Positions 1-13,100 of a DNA stretch of 64,000 nt are shown one piece after another; within the stretch, counting starts at the first letter, position 1; every line of letters begins with the position of its first letter. The stretch lies in the NCBI RefSeq assembly GCF_036321535.1, contig NC_087436.1, positions 83,950,001-84,014,000 of the forward strand, given 5' to 3'. The notes under the pieces were generated by a model. That model did no database searches and was not told the origin of the DNA. It was given only the letters and a program-made list of their open reading frames with translations. The stretch is from Camelus dromedarius. Lineage: Eukaryota. A program made the position numbers and the translations under genes.

Positions 1-450
1 AAATATTTGATAGATTTCAATCATGAAGCCATCTGACCCTGGAGTTTTACTTGCTGGGATTTTTCAGATTATTGATTCAATTTCTATTTTCTATCTATTT
101 CTATTGTTTGGAATTCTCTGTGATTCCTGAACCTGGATATCTGTTTCCTTCCCTAGGTTGGGCAAATTTTCTGCCATTGTTTTATCAAATAAATTTTCTG
201 CTATTTTCTCTCTCTCTTCTCCTTCTGGGATCCCTATAATGTGAATATTAATATACTTGTCATTGTCTAATAGGTTCCTAATCTATTCTAATTTTTAAAA
301 AATTCTTGTTTCTTTTTGCCTTTCTGATAGGTGATTTCCACTATTCTATCTTCTGGTTTAATTATGCATTCTTCTTATCACCTAATCTGCTATTAAGTCC
401 TTCTAGTGTATTTTTCATTTTAGTTATTGTATCATTCAACTCTGAGTTGA
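1..450 (-). mobile_element. Old LINE-1 internal fragments (ORF2/ORF1-region remnants)
   Basis: T-rich antisense L1-like text such as 'gaagccatctgaccctgg' and 'aaattttctgccattgttttatcaaata'; no open frame. Confidence 0.6.
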
Positions 451-461
451 ACTCTAAAGTT

Positions 462-489
462 AAACAAACAAACAAACAAACAAACAAAC
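462..489. repeat. (AAAC)7 microsatellite
   Basis: Direct reading. Confidence 0.95.
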
Positions 490-750
490 AAAAAAACTGA
501 GAAAACCAAGTTTGGTGAAGATACGATACCACCAGTTTGGAAACCTGGCAGGTACTAAAGGATCATACAATACCCAAAGGCTCTGCAATCCTTCTCCTAG
601 ACATGAGAAATGTGTACATCTTTACAAAAGACTGGAATAAACATGTTAATAGAAGCCCCCTTTTAATAGCCAAAAACAATAGCAGCAGCAACAAAAAACC
701 CCAAAATAATAACTAGAAATGAGTCAATTGTCCATCAACAGCAGAATGAA

Positions 751-1650
751 GACTATACCATGGGTAAACGAGAGTCTCTTCGAAATATGGTGTTGGGAAA
801 ACTGGATACACACATGCAAAAGAATGAAATCGGAGCCCTACATCACACCATTCACAAAAATCAGCTCAAAATGGACTAAAGACTTAAATGTAAGACCTGA
901 AATAATAAAATTACTAAGAGAAACTATAGAGAAAAATCTTCATGACATTGGTCTTGGTAATTATTTCTTGAATATGACTTCAAAAGTACAGGCCACAAAA
1001 GCAAAAATAGATAAGTGGAACTATATCAAACTAAAAATCTTCTGCAAAGTAAAGAAAACAATCAACATAATGAAAAGGCAACCTTCTGAATAGGAGAAAA
1101 TATTTGTAAACCACACATCTGATAAGGGTTTAATATCTGTAATATATAAGGAACTCCTACAACTCAATAGTAAAAAACAAATAACCCAATTAAAAAATGC
1201 GCAAAGGATTCTAATAGGCATGTTTCCACAGAAGACATACAAATGGCTAATAGGTAAATGAAAAGGGTGCTCAATATCACTAATCATCAGGAAATGTAAA
1301 TCAAAACCACAATGACATATCCCCTCACACCTATTAGAATGGCAATCATCAAAAACAAACTAAAAATTACAAGTGTTGGTGATGATATGGAGAAATTGGC
1401 ACCTTTGTGCAGTATTTGTGAGAATGTGAAATAGTGCAGCTGCTATGGAAAACAGTATGGGGGTACCTCAAAAAGTTAAAAATAGAAGTATCACATAGTC
1501 CAGAAATTCTAGTTCTAGGTATTTACCCAAAAGAATCAAAATCAGGATCTTGAAGAGATATGCACTCTTATGTTTACTGTAACAAGATTTGTAATAGCCA
1601 AGATGTGGAAGCAAACTAAATACCCATCAATGGATGAGTGGATAAAGAAA
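751..1650 (+). pseudogene. Decayed L1 ORF2 (C-terminal region) remnant; non-coding
   Basis: ORF-track 719..1093 matches the L1 ORF2 C-terminal region and is ended by a premature stop at 1091-1093. Confidence 0.85.
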
Positions 1651-2049
1651 ATTTAAATACACACAGAGGAATATTATTCAGACTTAAAAAATAAAGAAAT
1701 CCTGTCTCATGCAACAACATGGATGAATCTTGAAGATGCAAGTTATGTAAAGTAAAGTAAGTCATTTACAAAAGGACAGATACTGCATGATTGCACTTAT
1801 ATGAGTTATCTAAAGTAATCAAACTCATACAAACAGGAAGTAAATGGTGGGTGCCATGAATTGCAGTTTGGAGGAAGTGCGTAATTGTTTTTCAATGTGT
1901 ACAAAATTTTAGTTATGCAAGGTGAAAAATTTTTTGAAATTGGCTGCACAACATTGCGCTTTAGTTAACAATAATGTATCGTATACATAAAAATTGGCGA
2001 AGAGGATAGATTTCATGTTAGGTATTTTTAAACCACAATTTTAAAAATC
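751..2049 (+). mobile_element. 5'-truncated L1 (L1MA/L1MB-like): ORF2 C-terminus plus 3' UTR
   Basis: ORF2-like peptide WCWENW...PYITPFTKISSKWTKDLNVRPE...KAKIDKWNYIKLK; TSD-like CAGCAGAATGAA (739-750) / CAGTAGAATGAA (2050-2061). Confidence 0.9.
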
Positions 2050-2464
2050 CAGTAGAATGAATAATTAGATAACAGAAGATTATACATTACTCTACAGTAA
2101 TGAAAACAAGTGAATTATTGCCACATGGTATGCATCAAGGATTACACAAGCACAATGTTGAGTGAATGAAACCAGACACAAAATTACATGTTGTATCATA
2201 CTATTTGTACAGAGTTAAAATTAAGCAAAACCAACCTATGCTGATCAAAGTCAGAGTTGTGGTTCCCTTGGTGGGGATGGATAATGGGAGGGGCCACAGA
2301 GGAGGAGATTTTTAGAGTGCTGGGGAGGTTCTGTTCCCTACTTTTGATCTGGGCGGATATGCAGTTGTGTCTCACTATGAGAAGCCTCATCGAGTTGTAC
2401 ACTTATGAACTGTACACTTTATGTAGGTTATGCCTCAGTATAAGGTTTTCTTAGTGACAGTAAT

Positions 2465-2660
2465 TAATAGCTGTCATTTATTGAACGTATTCGTTTTCAG
2501 ACACTTCACATGTATTAGCTCACTTAACCTTCCCAGTTCTCTTCTGCAGTAGGTATTGTATTCTCTTTATTTTATAAGTGAGGAAACTGGAACACTGTGC
2601 AGTCAGGTAACTTGCCCAGTGTCACACGGCTGACATATCAGGGAGTGACTAGGAATTCCA
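2465..2660 (-). mobile_element. MIR SINE
   Basis: MIR core 'gaggaaactg...gtaacttgcccagtgtcacacggct'. Confidence 0.8.
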
Positions 2661-2729
2661 TGGCAGGAGGATTGGCTTCCCAGCTCACTTTCTAACTACT
2701 ATGCACAGACAGTCTAATATATTAGAGGA

Positions 2730-3170
2730 GGCACCAAGGGCTGTGCTTTCAATGATTAAATTTACCTGAGTGGAAAAATTCATAGACAGCTTCTGGGGAT
2801 AGCTGATGGTTAAACAGGCTTGAAGGAAGGGCAGGTATTTTCCATGCACTGAAGGAAAGGAGGTATCCCAGGTTGAACACATAGCATATGCAAAGGTGAC
2901 AGGCGTTGAACTTGAAAATGCCAGTAGTTTTGTGTGGCTCAAAAATAGTGTGAGTGAAGGCTTTCTAAGAGCCTGGGCATAGACAAGGAGCTTTCGATTT
3001 TATTCCTGATGAGAATGAAACTATTTTAAGCAGAATAATTATAGGATTACATTTAAAAATAGCATCCTGTGGGCAGTCTAGGGGATGGTTGGGAGGGGAG
3101 AAATCTGAGCCAGTGTGACCATTTCAGAGGTGACGTACTGGTAATGGTGAGGGGAAGAGGCTGAGGCAAT
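2730..3170 (-). mobile_element. L2 fragment
   Basis: Degenerate antisense L2 text ('aacacatagcatatgcaaaggt', 'ttttattcctga'). Confidence 0.55.
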
Positions 3171-4800
3171 CACCACAAAATACCTGGTTGGAAGGAAAAA
3201 TGTTTCTCTCTCCTCAGAATTATGAAGAAAAATTTCCTCGATTTTGGTCAGCAAAATGCTGCAATGGCCTTCATGCTTCTAAGAGACAGCAGCTTTCAGA
3301 TGGTGACACCCAAATAAATATGCAGATAACCTTATTATAGTCCTTATTAGAAACATGTATGACTTTTGTAGTAGCAGGAGGAGTAATAATCCTAATAACT
3401 GAAGTCATTTTAATAGCAATGAATAATCTAGCTCTATCCCATTCATCCTTTGTCCTCTTATTCGGGACAAGGCGCATCTTTGATGGTCCTTGGACATAAA
3501 GGAAACTCCTTTGTTTATGGAAGGTTGAAACACCCAGGTTAGAAAGAATGGGTAGAAATGGGTCTAGGAATCTGTCTCAGCATCACCGTTGAATCAGCAG
3601 TCTGAAGTTATTTCTCAAGTATAGGAATTCCAGACTCCCAGCCCTTGGTATTACAGCTCCTTTTCCCTGATGCAGCAATCAAGGTCTGGGGTGACGGAGG
3701 GAAGTGAGGGGTGTGAATAGTTCCTTCTTTCCAAGGGAGCTGGGCTGTCTTCTGTCTGGCCTTGGTCCAGGTCCCCAGTGGATACCATGGGATGGTAGCT
3801 TCTCTGGGCCCCATCTCACCCCACTTCTCAGGCCCGTGCTTCCCTGGCTGTGGGCAGCAGATTTCTTCTGTTTGCACTGGTTCCATTTTAAGTTTGATAG
3901 CGGGCAGCTTGGACCCTTGACCCGATTGGCAATTAAGATATGCTGCTGTCCAGCCTGTCCTACAGGTGTAAACAATATGCCACAGTTCAGGCTGGCCATC
4001 TGCCTGTGGTATCCAGATCTAGTTGTCACACAGGAAACTTGCCAACCCCTCCTGAAGCCATATGCTCAGGGCCACATCTTTTTAGACCACATCTTGTGAA
4101 AGTGTGTGGAATTCTGCAGTGAACCCCACGCTCAGCCCTCTCTATTTTCTTGGAGGCAGAAAGCCAGCTTTGAATTTCTGCCATCACAGTTGTAAAATGA
4201 AATGGGTACAGTTAGAAAGGAAAGTGATCCTTGACTGCATGTGCAAAATGGCTTTTTGTTGTGTCTCCCTTCAGTCATAAAATGGTCAGAAAAGTCAGCT
4301 GGAGTATTGCCAAGAAGGACCAAGTGGGAAGTAGTTTACTTTGTGTGTTGCTGAAAGAGAGGTGCAAGAGCCAGACTCAAAGACCTGAAACCATGAGACG
4401 TGAGACTTGCAGTGTCTCAAGGAGAAAGAAGAGCTTAAGCGCTATGACCACTGTTATCAGAATTGTGAACGGAACCCGAGCAAGGATTGAAGGCTGGAGT
4501 GGAATGGATGAGAAGGGGGGGGGGAATGTGTTGGATGTTGCTTTAGTGGGATGCCTGCTTCATGCATCAGGTCAGGCTGAACCCAACTGCCATCAAACAT
4601 ATATCCTTCCTGTGCACACATGCTGTTTCTCTGTCTCTGTTTCTGTCTCTTGCTTTTAAAGGAGGATTTGAAAACCTCCATCAGAGATCCAGTTCTAGTC
4701 AAGGGTCCAGTTTTCTGGATCAAGTACCTTCACCAGTTTCCTGCTGTTTGCCTTCAATGGTGAGCTGGGTTGGTAATCCTAAAAAACTCTTAACTCTTTT

Positions 4801-5032
4801 CTTTCTTTGTTTTTAATTCTTATTTTTTTCTAATTGAAATGTAGTCGATTTGCAATGTTAGTTTCAGATGTACAGCAAAGAAATTCAGTTATACATATAC
4901 ATACATATATATTTTTTCAGCTTCTTTTCCATTATGGCTCATTACAAGAAGTTGAATATAATTCCCTGTGATATATAGTAGGTCCTTGTTGTTCATCTAC
5001 TTTATATATAGTAATGTGTATTTGTTAATCCC
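4801..5032 (-). mobile_element. Cetartiodactyl-type L1 3' end
   Basis: 'taattgaaatgtagtcgatttgcaatgtt...ttcagttatacatatac'; T-rich tail; TSD-like AACTCTTTT at 4792-4800 and 5033-5041. Confidence 0.85.
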
Positions 5033-5069
5033 AACTCTTTTATTTTCAACCTGGAATGATTACTGAAAC

Positions 5070-5240
5070 AGTGATCTGTAGGCCACTTACATCTGAATCA
5101 TCTGGGGTCATTGTTGAATACGAACTCTTTGTTCCATTCAAGACCCCCGAATCAGTATCTCTCAGGAGTAAGTTCTAAGGATCTGTATTTTAAATGAGTG
5201 CTCTTGGTAATCCTTAAGAATTCTAAACTAATGAGGAACT
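5070..5240. mobile_element. MER5-like hAT-Charlie element
   Basis: 'gaatcatctgggg...gaatcagtatctct...atctgtattttaa'. Confidence 0.6.
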
Positions 5241-5349
5241 CTCCTAAGTGTTCTTTCTCAGCTCTTTTCTCCTCTCTTTATGTCTCTAGAGCTAAACATA
5301 TTTTCTGGGGAAAGATACACCACTAACAAGAAAAGCCAAATAACAAATA

Positions 5350-5960
5350 TGATCTTCTTAAAAATGTCAGACTGTGTTACTTTCAGGCTTTAAAACGCTC
5401 AGTGGCTTGCCAATGAGCTGGGAATAGGATATTTCCATGGCTGCATGCCCTTCCTGTCTGCTCTCATCCCCTGCTCCCTCATTCCTCCTGGCTCGCTAGC
5501 CTTTGGTTATGCTGGCGTAAGTTCTGATCCTTGAGCTTGCCAAGGTTGTCTCTATCTGGGAGCCTTTGTGGTTACTCCCTCTCAGCAAGGAAAACATGTC
5601 CCGTGTCTTCCCATCCTTGACTGCGTCTCATCGTTGGGACCTCAGCCTCTGTTTTACCACCTCGAGAAGTTCTCCCTGGTTTCCCTGCCTAATGTGTGCA
5701 CGCTCCCCACCTGCCACCTTTAGCACATCAACTTACTCCAGTTAAACTTTACTCTCTAGCATTGGTCACCCTCTGAAATCAGCCAATCCATTAATTAATC
5801 TTTCTCCTCTTCTTTGTTTTTACTTATCTGTCTCCCTTCCCTCCACCCTAATTGAATGGAAGAAGAATCTTCCTCTGTGTTAATCATTGCTTTATTTTCA
5901 GCGCCTACAACTATGCTTGGCATGTGGTGAATATTCAATAATTATTTAGTGAATAGTGAA
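5350..5960 (+). mobile_element. L2 3' portion
   Basis: Ends in the L2 tail 'cttggcatgtggtgaatattcaataattatttagtgaatagtgaa'. Confidence 0.7.
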
Positions 5961-6917
5961 TTAAAAACACCAAAAGTGCAAGATATAAAAGATTTTAAAG
6001 TCCTCAAATCAACTCTTCAAATCCATGATGGCCTCAATTCTCCTAATGTTAAATTGCTTTTTTTCCTACCCAAGGAGCTACCTCCAGCATAACGATACCT
6101 GCGCCTAATTGTGTATGAGGGCAGAGCAAGGACAAAAACTTAGGTAATATAAGTTGTGATTCCTCTGCAGATGGGACCTTACTCTGTAGTATGAAAGCTA
6201 AAAGGCAAATCATCTTGGTTTCATTTTTTACATATAAAGTAAAAATATTGATCTTTTATTAAAGATATTGAGATCAATATTGAAGATATTAAAGATCAAT
6301 ATTGAACTAATTAATTAAATCCTCCAACAAGCATTTATTGCTATCCTAGGTACGTGGAGTATGTCAGTAAGCAAACCAATGATCCCTGCCCTCTGGGGCT
6401 TACTCATATTCCTACCTGCTACCTACGCCATTGGGTTCACTCAGGAGAATCTTCAAGATGTGGAGAGCTTGTCTCCATCCTGAATCATCATCTTCTTCGT
6501 TTGTAAAATAATAACAATAGGTTTAGAAACCTCAGCTCATCTGAAATATGCAAAAAAGCTGTTCTGAAACACGTATTTCTAAACGTCTTCAAAATATCAT
6601 ACATTATAAATTAAGTACATACCAATGTAGTTTCCGACAGGAAATCCTCTGTATAATAAGAAAGCTAAGAAAGTAGATGTGTTCAGGAGTGGATGACAGA
6701 GATTATTCGTTTAGAAACTACAAACATTTCTTTCTCCCAAAAGAGATGCCATTCAGTTACTAGGTCATTATTGTGTTTTCCTTGAAAATATCAACCTGCT
6801 CAACATTAATGTGAGAAAAAAATTACTAGAGCAAAACTCAAAATTTAACTTGCATTCCACAGAGAGGTATTTATGTACATAAAATGATCTTTTGAAAATT
6901 TATCTGAATTCTATATT

Positions 6918-7132
6918 TTTTTTTAACATTTTTTATTGATTTATAATCATTTTACAATGTTGTGTCAAATTCCAGTGTAGAGCACAATTTTTCAGTTATA
7001 CATGAGTATATATATATTCATTGTCACATTTTTTTCTCTGTGAGTTACCACAAGATCTTGTATATATTTCCCTGTGCTGTACAGTATAATCTTGTTTATC
7101 TATTCTACATTTTGAAATCCCAGTCTGTCCTT
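6918..7132 (-). mobile_element. Young lineage-specific L1 3' end
   Basis: 'tttacaatgttgtgtcaaattccagtgtagagcacaa'; perfect 11-bp TSD AATTCTATATT at 6907-6917 and 7133-7143. Confidence 0.9.
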
Positions 7133-8106
7133 AATTCTATATTGTTTTTAAATCTGAGTAATTAGTTTAAAAAAAACCCTGAGATCATTCAAGATTAAAG
7201 ATTTATTAAATAATTTTATCAGTATATCCAAGTACAGATAAAATAGTGATTTGAAATAAGCCAAAGCACCTTTCTTTTATACTTAAAGACACAATAAAGC
7301 TGTCACTACTTCTCTATTTAGAAGAAAGGACCACCCTTCTTCTTGCCGTCCTGTGTGTTCTCAGGAGACTCAAATATTGTCTTCATTCTGTTATAAAAAG
7401 GAGCATGCAAATGTGAACAGGCCCAACGTGTAGAAAAGTGGAAAATGTCACTGCTTCTTTTCCTAGGCACTGATGACTGGGTAGTTCACAGCTGTGTTCT
7501 TTCTATGAGGAACCCAGGATCTGGGGAGAGAGGTCACCAGGACTGACATAAAGCAGCATAAAGCCCGGTTTTATTGTGTGGGGGGACCGTGCTGACTGAG
7601 TCACACTTAAGAGGCTGCATTTCTTCCTCAACGTGGGTGCAGATGCTACTCTGCAAGAATGAATGCTTCTCTGTGGAAGAGCTGTTTAAGTCTGATTAAA
7701 CTGATGTTCCTAGAAGACCAGAAAAACCTGGATTCCTCACTTTCCACTCAAGTGCACCAAAGCCCTTAGACTGTCTGCAACCTCCTCTTCTCAGCCTGGG
7801 GTTTACTTCATCTGCACTGAATAATCATGGTGCTGGGAGCTGTGTTGCCGGGGGATATCTGTCCTCTGATGGCACGGGCATTTTAAAAAGCAAGATCGAC
7901 CTTGGGATAGGGAGCGTTTTCAGTGGTTTAGACACTCGCATGTAATCTGACCTTCTCTCTAATGCCGCACCTGAGGGTGGGGGAGCATGACTAGGGACTT
8001 ACGCCAAAGAGCTAACTTAAAAGGCCAACTTTTTTCGAAGCTTATTTCTTTGACAACTAAAAAAAGATTGTACTCACATGAATAGTTAAAATTCTTTCCC
8101 TTTCAG

Positions 8107-8370
8107 GATTTGTAGATAATAGCTACTATATATAAAATAAACAACAAGGTCAGGGAATTATATTCAATACCTTGTAATTCAATATCTTGTAATTATATTC
8201 AATACCTTGTAAGGTCCTACTGTATAGCACAGGGAATTATATTCAATATCTATAATGAAAAAGAATATGAAAAGGAATATATATATATAACTGAATCACT
8301 ATGCTGTACACCAGAAATTATCACTGTATTATAAACTGACTATACTTCAATTAAAAAAAAAACAAAAAAA
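8107..8370 (+). mobile_element. Cetartiodactyl-type L1 3' end with an internal rearrangement
   Basis: 'ctactgtatagcacagggaattatattcaa...gaatcactatgctgtacaccagaaa' followed by an A-rich tail. Confidence 0.9.
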
Positions 8371-9274
8371 CCCCCCAAATCAACGTATTTATCTTAATCC
8401 TTCAGTGACTTCTGATACACCATTAACCTCTGCTGGTGATATAGAGGATGAAGGGACATGTCAGTAACCAACAGTGAGGCGCATCTCATATTTACCTCTC
8501 TACTGAAGTCCAGGCAGATCTCTTTATAGCCCAGGATTCAAGGCAGGCCCATCGGAGAATGATCTATGGTCCCAAATTGGTAAAAGAGGTGCTTGTGATC
8601 AGAGCATGTGATATGAATGAGCAGCTAGCTGGCAGAAAAACGGTTCAGGAACAAATATCAGGCACACCTCTTCCTTCCCCAGTTAAAGTAGAACAGAGTA
8701 ACAATGGAAGAGAGAGGAGACTGATGGGCAGATCCCAGTTCAATGGAGGGAAAGAAAAAAGCTTTGAATTAAGACCTTTTAAGTCTAATACATTTTTAGT
8801 CTTTTCCAAAATTTGTGACTTTCTAGAATTGGATATCTTTTCTCATTTATCATGTTTTCACTTAAGACTAGCGGTAAGTGTTCAATCACATTAAGAGTGT
8901 TGTGCTAGGAAAAGGATCAATATTGATGCTCTGTAACAAAGGAGACAAGGAAGGTAGTACTTACTGTCACTCCAAGTGAAGTATGGCTGCCAGAGTAGTC
9001 AGTAAAAGAAAAGAACAGCAAAATAACAATTGACAGGGTGTCTCATGCAATAGCATGTAGTCTATTCAGAGGAATAATTATTATTGGTACAGTGGGTAAA
9101 TTAGTAATATCATGCATGGCCAGTTCATTCTGAATTTTCCTAGAGTGTATTAAATGTGAGGGGTTTGATAACAGATTGATTTAATCTTGAATAGATCCCA
9201 CTGCTCCAAAGGCAGTAGACACAATACAGAAAAGATGAAAAGAAATAATGCAACTTGGAGTCTGGAAGCTACGA

Positions 9275-9470
9275 AAGACAGTGGTTACAGAAGCAAGGAA
9301 GGCCTAGAACCAGACTGCCTGGGTTTGAATTCCAACGTCACCTAATCTCTCTAAGGTTAGTGTTCTTGTCCATAAAATGAGGATGAAATTTGTAACTACC
9401 ACAAGAGGTTATTTTGAGTAAGACATTCACTTAAAAGTTATATTGCAAGTGTTTAATAATATTTTGAGAT
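9275..9470 (+). mobile_element. MIR SINE (degenerate)
   Basis: 'ccagactgcctgggtttgaattcc...taaaatgaggatga'. Confidence 0.65.
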
Positions 9471-9672
9471 TATTAATATTAACACAGAAGGCATTTATTT
9501 GCCAGGATAAGGGTATCCAAGGAAAGAAAAATAAGAAGTGAATTCTCTATTAGAGTCACAAGGCCAAACCAAACGAACTCCTACTGCTTCATTAAAATTC
9601 TCCTACATTTTCTTCTCCCACTAGTCTTCTGCTAAAATCCTCTGCATAGGCAAAGCTAAATGAAATTAAGTA

Positions 9673-10071
9673 TGTGTTCTAGTTTGTTAGGGTGGCCATA
9701 ACAAAATACCAAAAATAGGGTGGCTTAAACTACAGACATTAATTGTCTCACAGTTCTGGAGACTAGAAGTCCAAGATCAAGGTGTCGGCGGCGTTGGTTT
9801 CTTCTGAGACCTCTCTCCTTGGCTTGTAGATGGTGCCTTCTCACTGTGACCTCACATGTCTTTCCTCAGGGCACATGCATCCCTGAAGTCTCTTCCTCTT
9901 CTCATAAGGACGCCACTCATACTGGCTTAAGGCCCCTACCTAATGGCCTCATTTTAGCTTAATCACCTCTTTAAAGATCTTATCTCCAAATATAGTTATA
10001 TCCATTCTAAAGTGCTGAGAACTGGGGATTCAAAATATGAATTTTTGAGGGACCCAATTCAGCCCACAACA
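9673..10071 (-). mobile_element. MaLR solo LTR (MLT1A/B-like)
   Basis: 'gccataacaaaatacc...tctcacagttctggagactagaagtccaagatcaaggtg...ttcagcccacaaca'. Confidence 0.85.
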
Positions 10072-10109
10072 ACAAGAATTTGTTTGTTACAGATAATCAA
10101 AGCATGAAA

Positions 10110-13100
10110 TTTCTATTTGAACATTTTGTAAATTTTAATTACAAAGTAATTTGAAGTCATACATTCACATTGTAAAAAAGAGAAGCATACATGTAGAGTA
10201 AAACATTAAAGTTCCTTTTACTATTTGCCCTTTCACCCTTCTTGATCAGGGCATCTCTTGTGGCAATAGTTTGGTATGTTTCCCGAGAGAACTTTCCTAG
10301 ATATCCATATGTGTATGTAATACATTATAAAATATATGTGTATGTCATTGTCATGGCTGTATCATACAATTATATTACACGTATAATATAATTAAATTCT
10401 GTTATTCTTTTCTTAAGTTATAGAATTAGCCTAAATGAATTGTTCTATGATGTGCTTTTTTATTTTATTTTATTTGCTTTCTTCTTGATGACATTTGCAT
10501 TTCATTACACATATACATAGCTCATTACTTTTACAAATAAGTTAGTTTATACATATAATTATATATATTTATGTATTTGCACTGTATAACTTAGTGTGGG
10601 TACTCTATCTCATCATATCCCTATTGGTGGATATTCTGGATACTTATGAGTTTTCTTTATTTTAAACAATAATGCATACATAGCTTTGCATTTATATGGG
10701 AAAACTGTTCTTGAACTATGCAAGGTTTGTGCAGTTTTAGTTTTGAAAAACCTTGCCAAATTACCACCCAGTTTTTGAGTCCCAACAATGACATAAGAAA
10801 GTATTTTTTCACACTCTGGCCAGCAGGCATGTGATGAGCAGTTTAAATTCTTTCAATCTAGTGTTGCTTTATTTTGGAGCATTTTCTTCTTTATTTTCTG
10901 GCCCTCTGTGTTTCTTTTTTCACAAATTGCCTCTTCATGTGCTTTACTTTTTTATTATATCATCCTTTTCTTTTAGAGGTGAAACTCTTTATATTCTGAA
11001 AGTTAATCTTTTTAAAAGATACATGTTGCAGATATTTTCTCCCAGGACCTATTTGTATTTTATTTGTAAGCTTGTGATGCTGTTTGCCGTTAGGACTTTT
11101 GGTTATTATGTCTTATTTAAGGAGGCCTACCCAACCCAATATTGGAAATTAGCTCTTATATTTTATTTCAGTATTTTGAACAGACAAAAGAAAGGTTTAG
11201 TTTAAATTTTTGGTTCTGCCATTTATTAGCTGTGTGACTTTGGGAAAGATGCTAAAATTTTTCAAAGTATTAATAATTTTATAATATCTTGCATTAACCT
11301 GTATTTAGACTTAATTACAAGTTTTACTGATTCATTTGTTCACTGTTTTAAAAATAAACTCAGTATTTGTTGAATTAATTATAAAATGCTTGACTATTAT
11401 GAAACTTTTAAACATACAGAAAAATAAGGAGAAAAATGGAAAGCAGACTTGGGTAATGGTATACCAGTTTTATCAGATCTTAACACTTTGCTGTATTTTC
11501 TACACATATGAAAAAAAACTGCAGACACAGTTGAATCCTTCTGTGTACCCTACCCAGGTCTTAACACTTACTTCTCTCACTACTATGACTTATGAAATGG
11601 TGTTCATTATTCCCATGAATTTTAAACATTTGAATACACACACATCTACAGGTAAATATAATGGGTTTTTTTACTACATATATACAATTTTGCAGCTTGC
11701 TTTCTTTTGAGATTTCTTTATGTCCATACAAGTAGATCTGTTACCGAGTCCAAAACTCATTCTGCTTGCCGCACGACAGGCCAGTAAATTGGAAGACGAG
11801 AAGTCGGGGCAAGGAATAGCAACTTTATTCAGAAGGCCGGCAGACTGAGGAGAGAGCAAGACGAATGTTCTGGAGAGCTATCTTCCCCAAGTCAGAATTC
11901 AGGCTCCTGTAATACTAGAAAGGGGAAGAGGGTATGTTTACTTGTTGCAAGCTTCTTGGTATAGGAATTCTTTGTTCTTGGAATCCTTTGTTCTTGCAGC
12001 TGTCCACGTGGGTCACATCATGGTGTCCCTGTAAACCTTCAACAAAACAAATGTTATTTTCTGTTCTGCAACTTGTTATCTTTATATGAGTAGAAAAGTC
12101 TTGAGAATAGGCTCTCCTGTATATTTCAGGCTATAGGCAACATTCTTTTATAAAAGGTGCATAGCTAGCAAGACTATGCCTAGAAAACAGGGCACAAGGT
12201 TAAAGCCAAAGGAACAGATTTAAAGTGGAGTCAGATTTGTTCTTTTCTGTTACAGCTCTGGTTTATTTTTATACTTACTATCTGGTATTTCATTGATTAT
12301 ATTATAATTTATGAATATACCACAATTTCTTTATTCTCCTATTGATTGATGTTTATATTTTCTAATTTAATTTCATTTTATTTAGTTTTATTTTCTATAT
12401 TTTGTTTGCTATTTAAATAACCCTGTGATGTGTTTTTGAGAATATGTGTTGGTTTTTCTGAAGTATATATCTAGACATAGAATTGCTGGATCTTAGGATA
12501 TGCACACCTTCAACTTTATTGCTAGATATTAATAGATATGGCCAGATTGCTCTCCAAAGTGGTGGAGCCAATTCCACTCAAACCATGAGTGTATGGACCT
12601 TCCATTTTTTATATCCTCATTAACAAATATTTTCCATACAAGTTTACAGTTTTCATTTTCACATTTAGGTCTTTAATCCCCATGGGAATGATTTTATCTT
12701 TGTAAGAAATGAGCTAGAAGTCCTATTCCCATATGGCTAATGAATGGTCCCGGCACTGTTTGCTGAGCATCCCGTTCTTCCTCCACTAATTGTCAGCACT
12801 TCAGATATATACAAAGTTTTGCTAAAGGTATCATTGTTTCTGGGCTCTCTACTAGCTTCCATAGCACTGTTTGTCTTTCCCTGTCCTAGACCACACTGTC
12901 TTAATTACTCTGGCTTATTATGTCTTGCTATCTGAGAAGGCAAGCCCTCCTCTTTTGTTTGTCTACAAAATTGTCTTGGTCCTTTGCTCTTTCGTGCAAA
13001 TTTTGGGATCAATTTGACTCACTCTATTGACCAGAGTTGGTGCAATCATTCAAACTATACTCTAGAGTATTATTATGAAGAATAAGGCATTGAGTGTATA

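Larger units (their letters stand above)
498..2450 (+). mobile_element. Ancient L1 (L1ME-like) 3' region, split by a younger L1 at 751-2049
   Basis: Degenerate L1 3' motifs on both sides of the nested insertion ('tgtccatcaacagcagaatgaa' resuming at 'agtagaatgaataa'). Confidence 0.6.

Noticed and set aside
719..1093. 124-aa protein-coding gene
   Set aside because: Fragment of L1 ORF2 in a 5'-truncated element. The ATG lies in the flanking older repeat and a premature stop follows.
3608..4816. Overlapping ORFs of up to 142 aa on both strands
   Set aside because: Moderately GC-rich unique DNA with no recognisable protein family, and no consistent splice structure that I could support.
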